Below are positions 27,261-35,017 of a DNA stretch of 64,000 bases, piece after piece (within the stretch, counting starts at the first letter, position 1; each line of letters starts with the position of its first letter). Source of the stretch: a virus (Duplodnaviria > Caudoviricetes); IMG/VR virus record IMGVR_UViG_3300028603_000024, positions 38,030 to 102,029 of that record; one strand, given 5' to 3'. A model generated the notes under the pieces. That model was not told the DNA's origin. It did not search any database and saw only the letters and a list, made by a program, of their open reading frames with translations. The translations under genes were made by a program, and so were the position numbers.

Positions 27261-27338
27261 CGCGTAGTTGCCGCCCTCTAGAACTTATGCAACGTTCCGC
27301 TATTTAGCCCTCGATCCAATCGATCGCTGTTGCAGGCA

Positions 27339-29471
27339 TCAGCCACCCAGGCCGAGCAGCTGATAATCCCCGGCCCCGCCGGACTGTGTCTCAATCGATT
27401 TCTTCTTCAACGTCAGCAAGGTGTCTCCCAGTTCCTCCGCCAGGTTCTCCAAGGAGTCCTCGAGCTGCGGAACGGTCTCGGCGCCGAACTGGTCTTCCAG
27501 CTCCTCACGGTGCGCGTACAGCAGTAGAAGAATGCGGCAAATGTGATCCAGCCCGAGGGTCAGATTACCCAACAACTCGTCGATCGCCCCGATAACGTTG
27601 TGTCGCCGGAATAATGAATTGATAACGGCGGCGTCAAAAACGGCCTTCTCCCCGGATTGAGCGGCATCAACGACCTTTTCCACGTCTCTTGCCAGGAAGG
27701 GATCACCACTACCGACATCCAGCTCAGCCGGGGTGTCGTAGGTCTGCGGCGAAGATTGTGAATCCGCGTCAATATCAGGAAACGCAGCGGCGTGTTTTAC
27801 CGCAAAAGCTGCAACGCGCCCCGAGGCCTCGGCGGCGTCTGCGGCCTTCAGCACTTCCAGACCGGCGTCGGACGACAAGCCGTGGACGCAGACGAGGTGC
27901 CGCAAAGCCCCTCCGCGAGTCCGTCGACCGCTCCGGAGGACGCCGCACTCCACTTGATACTCCCCGCGATCTGCGGTCGCCGCTAACTTGCGCAGCCCGG
28001 TATCGGCCTGCTTAACTCGCTGCCACATATCCACCGTAAGCGGACACATCAGCCGTTCATTCTTTTTGTCCAGTTTCAGTACACGAACCTCGGAGCCGAC
28101 CAGCAAATTCTGGCCGGCAGGCTGCATGCGCTCCGACTCTTCGCTCAATAGTAATATCGAGTATCCGCGCCGGTAGCAGGGCTCTGGGCCATCGCCGGAA
28201 CGAGCGGAGTATTTGTCGTCGTAGGGAAAAGGGGTCTCTATTTGGTCAACGAACATTTCCACCGCGTCGCCGCCGCGGGGGCCGGGTAGCCCGAAGCCGT
28301 CTGCCCGGCAGGCTCGGAAATCATGCCCCGGCGTGGCGGGCCAGTCCTCTTGGCTAACATAAACCGTGCTCGACCCGGTCCGTGACACCTTACCGATGTA
28401 GGTCAGGGGCAGCGTGGCCCGCATCTTGGAGTCAACCAGCAGAAACTTGTCCCCGGCGGCGAGGTCGGCGGAGCCCGCAAGGGGCAGGTCGTCGAAGGTC
28501 TTCTGCCACTGATCTCGTTCACCCGTCACTGTCAGGTACTGCAAGAAGGTACTGATGTACTCGTTCTTTTCCAGGTTAACGACAACGCCACAGTTGGCCC
28601 GTCCCTCACCCACGGTAACGAGAGATTTGAAGACAGCGGCGGGAACAACCTCTCCACCGTCGGTCACAAGATCATAGATGCCTCCCTGTTGAGGGGCATA
28701 CCACGTCACCGGCGTGGACAGCTGGAGTACCTCGGTAACGTCTTTTATATCCCGATCGTCGTAGAAAGCTACGCCGTTACGCAACAAGTCGTTGCGCTGC
28801 TTGTTGTCCAGGCCCATCGAGGAGAGCCGATCCTCAAAGGTGACTGCCATCGGCTTCTTTGAAGCATCCCACGGCTTCGGTTTTGCGGGAGCCTCGACTC
28901 GATCAGCAATGGCCGCCAGCTTCTGGAAGGGATAGAATTCCAGCACGGCTCGTCCGAAATCGTCGTCGGTTTGCATTGTTCGCAGCAGCGCCGAAGTCGC
29001 CGTCGGAGCAAACATCGGTAGCACCGCCGAGAGATCCAGGGCGGAAGCAATCTTCTCCCCAATATTGGTCAAGGTCCTGGCAACATCCTGGAACAGGCTA
29101 TTACCTCCGCGGCGGGACTCCTCGCGGGTCTCCCGACGACCCACCGACAACGTTTGTCGGCTGAGTACGTAGTCAATCAGAGGCTCACTGAGGGGCAGTA
29201 GTAGATTGTCCTGCTTGAGGTGCATCAAGTTGAGGCCCTTGACGTGGCCGTTCGAGAATACGAGGGGCACTAGGATCTGTTGCGGGCCTAGGCGAAAGGC
29301 GAAGACGCCCTTGGCCTGGGATTCGTCGTCATTGACGTCCAGCAGCTCGAAGCCGACCATGTTCGGCATCAATTTCGGCGATTTCGCTCGAATCTGCGGA
29401 AACACCAGTTGGTGCAGCCTCCGCTCGAACTCACTATCCGAGTTAGCGCCCGCCGTCTTAAACTCGTCCAT
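27339..29471 (-). CDS. large putative head/core protein
   Basis: 710 aa; GAGGAG RBS; KTAG, KIAS, KLAA, KQAD, KLAA, KAAD and KHAA. Confidence 0.6.
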   Translation of the reverse strand: MDEFKTAGANSDSEFERRLHQLVFPQIRAKSPKLMPNMVGFELLDVNDDESQAKGVFAFRLGPQQILVPLVFSNGHVKGLNLMHLKQDNLLLPLSEPLIDYVLSRQTLSVGRRETREESRRGGNSLFQDVARTLTNIGEKIASALDLSAVLPMFAPTATSALLRTMQTDDDFGRAVLEFYPFQKLAAIADRVEAPAKPKPWDASKKPMAVTFEDRLSSMGLDNKQRNDLLRNGVAFYDDRDIKDVTEVLQLSTPVTWYAPQQGGIYDLVTDGGEVVPAAVFKSLVTVGEGRANCGVVVNLEKNEYISTFLQYLTVTGERDQWQKTFDDLPLAGSADLAAGDKFLLVDSKMRATLPLTYIGKVSRTGSSTVYVSQEDWPATPGHDFRACRADGFGLPGPRGGDAVEMFVDQIETPFPYDDKYSARSGDGPEPCYRRGYSILLLSEESERMQPAGQNLLVGSEVRVLKLDKKNERLMCPLTVDMWQRVKQADTGLRKLAATADRGEYQVECGVLRSGRRTRGGALRHLVCVHGLSSDAGLEVLKAADAAEASGRVAAFAVKHAAAFPDIDADSQSSPQTYDTPAELDVGSGDPFLARDVEKVVDAAQSGEKAVFDAAVINSLFRRHNVIGAIDELLGNLTLGLDHICRILLLLYAHREELEDQFGAETVPQLEDSLENLAEELGDTLLTLKKKSIETQSGGAGDYQLLGLGG

Positions 29472-29509
29472 GCCTGCTCCTCGTCGTCCGTGACCAACAC
29501 CTTTACTTT

Positions 29510-29538
29510 ATTCTATGGCGGATTGACAACACTCGCAA
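29510..29538 (-). promoter_or_regulatory. promoter TTGCGA-N17-TAGAAT
   Basis: Intergenic, near-consensus sigma-70-type boxes with a 17-bp spacer. Confidence 0.65.
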
Positions 29539-29540
29539 CC

Positions 29541-31868
29541 TCACGTTCCGAAACCTTGCAACGATTGCCCTGTAACGAGCTTCGGGATGTAGGAATTACT
29601 ATCCATATCAGCGGTACCACCGCGGTGTACGGCGTCCAGTAACCCTCGACCAACATAGAAGGAACCTAGCCGTTCCATCCAATCCGGGCTGGGCAGAAGA
29701 TTTGTCATAGCCCTCTCCATTCGAGGGGTGAAGGGCGGGGGATCGTTATGTACCATGACGCGGTCAACTCGATGTTCCCGCAGTCGGCGGGTTACCGAAG
29801 GTGTCAGCCTGGTACCGATGCTGTAATGCATAACGGGTTGTTCCAGATAGCCGCCTCGCACGCTCTCCAGTGGCGTATCTACGGTGCCGTCCCGTGGTTG
29901 ATATACGGCAGCGAGGCGGTCATACTCCATGACGTCGCCGGGCAAGGCGCCGGGGATCGAATCGGACTCGTCCTGGACTTCTACGTGATTTATTAAGGAG
30001 CGGCTCAGGAGCTCCACGTTACGACGATTGGTATTAATTTTGGACAGTTTCAAAACGTCTCGCATCAAGTCCATAAAATACCGTCGCCCCTCGCCGACTC
30101 CTTTGTACTTAGCAATCATCGCCGGGTTGGGCAAGCCATTACTGAGTACGTCACCGGCTTCGACCCGGTCTCCGACACGCACAGTCACCTCCTGGTCGGG
30201 CGGCACGTAATGTTTCTCGTCTCCGACAATGGCGTACCAACCGCCCTGAGCGGCCTTTTCTATCGCCTTAACCCGGCCGTCGTTAACGGCGTGGGCGGCT
30301 CCGTTGGTGTATGTGGTAGGCACCTGAATGAGCTGGTTAATTACGCCAAAGCCGCCTTGCCGTACGCCGCCGGCGCCGCCGGAATTGGATACGATTAAAC
30401 CGTTGGACAGGGCGAAGAAATGATCGGGGTGATCGACCTCGATATCGTGCGTCTCAACGAGGCCCAAGGGCTCCGAGTGAGTCCGCTGTAATCGGTCGGG
30501 AAGACCTGCCACCCAAGCCTGTAAAGCGGGCTCATCTTCGGTAGTAACTTCCGTCGGCAGGAGGGCGCAAAACGAGTCGGCCTCAAAACCCAGGGGCAGT
30601 TTTCTGGGTGTGTAATCCAACTCGTCTCGACCCCCGGAGATGTAAGACAGACCAAGAATGTTGTGGTCCTCGGTGGCCCCGAGGACTCGCTCCTCCTCGG
30701 GGCTGGAATTATTAAAATAATACAGTCGGCACTCCCGCAGCCCGTTATTAAACACGCGGGTCACCCGAACAGGCGTCAAACGACCTTGGGTGTCCGACCC
30801 AAATACCCAATCTCCAACTTTGATATCCTCTATTCGTTTGTCGGTACCGTCGGCCATCTTGACCATTGTGCCTCGAATAAGGCAGTGTTTCACATTCAAC
30901 GTAAGCTGGCTGAGCTGCTCCGTTATGGTCTGAATCGCAGGGATGCCCACTTGCTCGCCGGGATCAGCGAATCCGCCCCGCTCCCTGATGCCTAAGGCTT
31001 CAAGGGGTACGCCGCCGTCTTCGGCGATGTCTGATATGGGGCTGCGAATCAGTATTTCTTTTACGCCACGGGGCCAATTATTAATCATGCTTGGCGTAAT
31101 CACCTCGCCTGCTTTATAGGGTCCCACGGCCTGCGCGAGAACGGTGCCAACATTGTCGGGGTCGTCGGCCCGTACCGGGAGACCCACACCGGGGCGTAGC
31201 GGGGAATCAGTGGCAATCAATTTATGGGCGGCGAGGGCCAGCTGCTTACTGGCGAAGCCGGCGTCGGCCACAGACATCTTTGTAGCCACTGCTCCCTTGC
31301 GAGTGCCGTACATCTGCATCCAGTACTCCGCCGGTGATAAGCCCTCGGAGTAGCTGCTCGTTACCGGCAACGGTGTGGGATTATCGTTCTGGTCCAGCAT
31401 CAGCACGGGAGAGCCAACAACGGAGTTGAGCTGCGTAGCGTTACCACGAGCACCGCTGGCAACCTCAAGAGCCAAGGGATTATTGTCCTTTAATAACTTA
31501 TCAAAGGTCTCTTGCTCTGCTTGTTTTCCCAACGACCCCAGCAGCTCGAGAATGTGTTTATTTTTATCCGCCAAAGACCCCTCAGCGGCCAGGAGAGTGT
31601 CGACTCGTTTCCGCAGCTTGCGTACCCCGTCCTTAGGCATCGAAACGCTTTGTAGATCTTTCAAACCCACGCTATGCCCGGAAACGTAGGCGGAGAGGCC
31701 GCCGACCTGATGCAGGCGATGCAGAGTTTCACGGTACTTGTCGGGGTGTCGGCGAGCGAGATCGTCGAAGAACTTCTCCGTTGCCCGCTTATCCCAGATA
31801 CGGTTATAGTCCCGCATATCCTCCGGGATCGCTTCGTTAATTAACAGCTGCCCCATCGTGAGTTCCAT
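29541..31868 (-). CDS. RNA polymerase beta' C-terminal subunit (RpoC2-like) with a mini-intein
   Basis: SGARGN; SYSEGLSPAEYW..YGTRKG...ADAGF (F loop and bridge helix); GEQVG..AIQTITEQLSQLTLNVKH|SGG (trigger loop); VGDRVEAGDVLSNG. Confidence 0.9.
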   Translation of the reverse strand: MELTMGQLLINEAIPEDMRDYNRIWDKRATEKFFDDLARRHPDKYRETLHRLHQVGGLSAYVSGHSVGLKDLQSVSMPKDGVRKLRKRVDTLLAAEGSLADKNKHILELLGSLGKQAEQETFDKLLKDNNPLALEVASGARGNATQLNSVVGSPVLMLDQNDNPTPLPVTSSYSEGLSPAEYWMQMYGTRKGAVATKMSVADAGFASKQLALAAHKLIATDSPLRPGVGLPVRADDPDNVGTVLAQAVGPYKAGEVITPSMINNWPRGVKEILIRSPISDIAEDGGVPLEALGIRERGGFADPGEQVGIPAIQTITEQLSQLTLNVKHCLIRGTMVKMADGTDKRIEDIKVGDWVFGSDTQGRLTPVRVTRVFNNGLRECRLYYFNNSSPEEERVLGATEDHNILGLSYISGGRDELDYTPRKLPLGFEADSFCALLPTEVTTEDEPALQAWVAGLPDRLQRTHSEPLGLVETHDIEVDHPDHFFALSNGLIVSNSGGAGGVRQGGFGVINQLIQVPTTYTNGAAHAVNDGRVKAIEKAAQGGWYAIVGDEKHYVPPDQEVTVRVGDRVEAGDVLSNGLPNPAMIAKYKGVGEGRRYFMDLMRDVLKLSKINTNRRNVELLSRSLINHVEVQDESDSIPGALPGDVMEYDRLAAVYQPRDGTVDTPLESVRGGYLEQPVMHYSIGTRLTPSVTRRLREHRVDRVMVHNDPPPFTPRMERAMTNLLPSPDWMERLGSFYVGRGLLDAVHRGGTADMDSNSYIPKLVTGQSLQGFGT
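30384..30884 (-). mobile_element. 167-aa mini-intein in the trigger loop
   Basis: CLIRGTMVKMADGT..IEDIKVGDWV (block A), ATEDH (block B), THDIEV..HFFALSNGLIVSN|S; no endonuclease domain. Confidence 0.9.
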
Positions 31869-32108
31869 CTATCGTCCTCGGGACAGAGAAGAAACCAGAT
31901 CCAGCGGCGTCGTAGAGATGCCGTATTGCTTGCAGTAACCCTCGAAACGAGGGTCGTCGGCAGACAGTACCGCGATGCCGCCGTCGGGAAGCTCGAAAGC
32001 GACGGCGACGACGGCGCCGGCGTTGCCTCGAATCTTGGTTGCCGAGACGCCTGCGAATTTTATAGGCGCAACCATTGGCCCGCCGTCTTTATGTAACTCT
32101 ACAATCAT
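31869..32108 (-). CDS. small hypothetical protein coupled to the beta'-C gene
   Basis: Likely start MIVELHK at 32108 (ATGA overlap); its stop abuts the beta'-C ATG. Confidence 0.55.
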   Translation of the reverse strand: MIVELHKDGGPMVAPIKFAGVSATKIRGNAGAVVAVAFELPDGGIAVLSADDPRFEGYCKQYGISTTPLDLVSSLSRGR

Positions 32109-32566
32109 CCGCTCAGCCCCCTCAAGGTTGCGACCTTGCCGGGTTGCGGCTGCGGGGTAGGTGACGGCGACATGGCGGATTGCGGCGCTGCCCACGGTTG
32201 GGTCGGTTGTGGCGAAGCGCCGCCGCTGATGAGCTGCTGTACCTGCTGTTGGAGTTGCTGCACCTGCTGTTGAAGCTGCTGAAACATTGACAGCGGTACA
32301 ACGGAGGGGCCTTGGGGATCCGCCGGGGGTTCGGTACCTACGGCTTGCTCCTCCTGCCCCTGGGGCACCGCAATAACCGCGATCTTCTCGGTGCCTACTG
32401 TTAAGGAGCCGTTGCGGACGAGGGCTAGAAGCCCCCGAAGACCCTCCGCATTAGCGGGGTCTTCGAAATCAAAGTCGGCTTGAGGGGATATTTGTACCCC
32501 GCTCGATGTTGCCGCCAGTTTCACAAGCCCCAAGCTCTTCGGGAATTGAATCAGCACTTGGCTCAC
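32105..32566 (-). CDS. hypothetical Gln/Pro-rich protein
   Basis: 153 aa; VKLAA, EKIA and a Gln-rich coiled coil. Confidence 0.6.
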   Translation of the reverse strand: MSQVLIQFPKSLGLVKLAATSSGVQISPQADFDFEDPANAEGLRGLLALVRNGSLTVGTEKIAVIAVPQGQEEQAVGTEPPADPQGPSVVPLSMFQQLQQQVQQLQQQVQQLISGGASPQPTQPWAAPQSAMSPSPTPQPQPGKVATLRGLSG

Positions 32567-32584
32567 CGTCTCTTTCTCGGGTCG

Positions 32585-34078
32585 TTAACCTTGGACAGCC
32601 AAGGTAAACTCCGGAGGTACGACACCGCCGGACTGGTGTATCCGTAGACCGTCGATCGTTTCCTTGACCCGCGGACTGTGGTTTTTTACCCGCTCCTTAA
32701 AGGCCGTCTGTCTCTCCGGGGGCCACGATTCAATAAGGGCCTGAAATCGGGGCCATTGAGTGTCTCCCGCAACGGGGGCGGGGGTTGCCGAATTACTTGC
32801 GGTAGCAGATGCCTCCGGCTCGTCCTTAGTCTCGGATCCGCCGCCGAACAATCCGGCAACGCCGCTCAAAACTCGCTGTAGCCAGGAAGCTCCGATTTTA
32901 ACACCCGTTACGGCCTCCTGTGTGTCGGCTCCCAAGGAACCCTCCGCGGCAAGTCCGGCAACACACACCGCGAGGGTCTCGACGTCGTTGGAGAGCAGGG
33001 CATAGGCCCCCGCCTTCTGAAAGGAGGAAACCATGATGGCGCGCTGAATGAGCGGGTGTTTCGCGAGAACCAAGGCCACACCGGCGTGATCTCCAGCCTC
33101 CGCCAGCTTAAAAGAAGCAAAGGCCGCATCTTCGTATTGCTCAATAGGCCACTTGGTGCCGTCGAGGCCGACGACGTGAGATAACGACGCCGCTTTTGTT
33201 CGCAACTGTTCATCGATGCGCACCGCGAAGTCCGCTTTCAAGGGGGTTATCAACTCCTTAACCCGGTCCGTTGCCAGCTTTACAGCCAGTCCCGCTGAGG
33301 TCAGCCCCCGCCGGTCAGCGGCGGCCTCGACCCCGTTTCGCAGGGATCCGGCCAGTTTCATGGTCAGCTGGTGGTCCCGCATACCAGCGGCCAATACGCG
33401 ACGATAGGCTTGTACATCGCCTTTCGCGATCTTAACGACGGCTTGACGGCCTAAGAGACGGTCGTGAATACGCCGTACCAGGCCGCCGCTGCCGCCGGTA
33501 ACCATTGCCGTCGTCACCAGGAATGGCTGAAACTCGGTGAGGTCGTCGAGAGCGGCGCCCTTCTCGATATAATCGGCAGGCACTTGGGCGAGTAGGATAC
33601 GATTTATGGCACTGATGGCGGCTTGCTTGCGAGCCGCCTGCATCGCCAGGGTCCGGGCCACCGCCAACTTCATCGGCTGTACCCCGGCCGGGGGCATCGT
33701 ACCTTGCGCCGCGGCGGGGGGCGCATTGCCCGGCAGCGGTTGGCCCGCGGGGTCCATGACCTGCCCGGCGTCCTGCTGTCGTTGAGCCAGGATCTGCTGC
33801 TTTTCCGCCTCAGCCTTGGAGATCACCTCCTCGGTCTTCAGCTTCTGGACTTCTGCCTTGGCCATCTCGGCATCCGCCTTCATGCCCTCAGCCTCCGCCT
33901 TCACCTGCTTCGCAGCCTGCATCTTGGCCTGCTGCCCCGGCGTCATCGCGGGCGACGCTGACGCGGCCTGTTTGGTGGAGGCGGCCAGGCGGGGTGAGGG
34001 AGATGAACCCCGCCTGGCACTGCCATCCACCCCCTGGAGGAGGTTCATTGCAAATTTTGTCATCTTCTTTGAGTCCAT
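32585..34078 (-). CDS. putative internal head protein
   Basis: 497 aa; GGAGG RBS; at least 9 K-x-A sites. Confidence 0.6.
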   Translation of the reverse strand: MDSKKMTKFAMNLLQGVDGSARRGSSPSPRLAASTKQAASASPAMTPGQQAKMQAAKQVKAEAEGMKADAEMAKAEVQKLKTEEVISKAEAEKQQILAQRQQDAGQVMDPAGQPLPGNAPPAAAQGTMPPAGVQPMKLAVARTLAMQAARKQAAISAINRILLAQVPADYIEKGAALDDLTEFQPFLVTTAMVTGGSGGLVRRIHDRLLGRQAVVKIAKGDVQAYRRVLAAGMRDHQLTMKLAGSLRNGVEAAADRRGLTSAGLAVKLATDRVKELITPLKADFAVRIDEQLRTKAASLSHVVGLDGTKWPIEQYEDAAFASFKLAEAGDHAGVALVLAKHPLIQRAIMVSSFQKAGAYALLSNDVETLAVCVAGLAAEGSLGADTQEAVTGVKIGASWLQRVLSGVAGLFGGGSETKDEPEASATASNSATPAPVAGDTQWPRFQALIESWPPERQTAFKERVKNHSPRVKETIDGLRIHQSGGVVPPEFTLAVQG

Positions 34079-34139
34079 CGTGCGCCTCCAGTTACGGTCA
34101 TCAGGACAAGGCTCTATAATCGTGTTGCTTCAATCGCGG

Positions 34140-35015
34140 CTAAAGGGGCGGAGAACCGGTTGGGAGCGGTCCCCGAGCCCTCGGAGGTCCCTGAAGCTCC
34201 TTTTCTATCGTCGTCAAACTATTGAGCCCCGAGGTACGAAGAAGTTCAGCTAGAGCCTGCTGGCTGGGCAGTTTGGCCTTGGCCCGCTCAGATAAGTGAG
34301 GATGACGGATTATATCCTGCAGCATCTGTCCCCCTGACGGAGCAGAGACCATATCCCGTAGATGACTCAAGGCCTCGTCTCTCGGCAAGCCTTGGTAGAT
34401 TTGACCAGCCACGGCTCTACTCATTGCACCCGGAACTGCGCCCACCATGTCCGCCACAGCCGAGTCCGCCTTGGCCTGGCTGCTATGCGGGGCCAATAGG
34501 GCGTTGGCTCCCAAGCCCAAGCCGCCGCCGGCGAGACCCCCGAGAAGCAGGTTGCGAAGCCAATTCTTATCCTCCTCGTCCGACAAGGCCGAGAACAGAG
34601 CTCCGGTACCTGCCCCAAGAGCGGCGCCGCCGAGGCCGAGGCCGGTGGGTCCGAGGTTCGCGGCGGTTTCCACGACGTCGCCGACACCGGCTCGCTTCTC
34701 GGCGGTTAAGGCGAGGGCTGCGTTGTAAGCTGCCTGTTTGTTCGTCATCGCTGTCTCCTGCGTAGTCGCTTTCAGTATACCACGAGCTAAAAAAAGTCGC
34801 TGGCACGCCTGACGCATCTCCGCCTCCTTGACCCCGGTGGCGTCGGTATCACAGCTGCTGCAGCGATCCGGCACCTCCACTACTTGATGAGCCCGAGGGC
34901 GGCTGCAGCGACAGGTGCGAATGGTGTGCCCACAAGAACCGCGGATCGTACCGTGCCCCTTATAACCCTCATTAAGAAAGGCTTCGGCTTCTTTCATGGA
35001 GGCAAACTTGCGCAT
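34140..35015 (-). CDS. Zn-finger N-terminus plus Gly-zipper protein (possible internal start at 34748)
   Basis: SCGH..TCRC...CSSC, then MTNKQAA preceded by AGGAG; EKRAG followed by a Gly-rich hydrophobic hairpin. Confidence 0.55.
   Translation of the reverse strand: MRKFASMKEAEAFLNEGYKGHGTIRGSCGHTIRTCRCSRPRAHQVVEVPDRCSSCDTDATGVKEAEMRQACQRLFLARGILKATTQETAMTNKQAAYNAALALTAEKRAGVGDVVETAANLGPTGLGLGGAALGAGTGALFSALSDEEDKNWLRNLLLGGLAGGGLGLGANALLAPHSSQAKADSAVADMVGAVPGAMSRAVAGQIYQGLPRDEALSHLRDMVSAPSGGQMLQDIIRHPHLSERAKAKLPSQQALAELLRTSGLNSLTTIEKELQGPPRARGPLPTGSPPL
34774..34802 (-). promoter_or_regulatory. internal promoter CAGCGA-N17-TATACT (extended -10)
   Basis: TGGTATACT with a T-rich spacer; GCGA at the same spacing as at 14298 and 29538; RBS and ATG follow. 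Confidence 0.45.
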
Positions 35016-35017
35016 CT

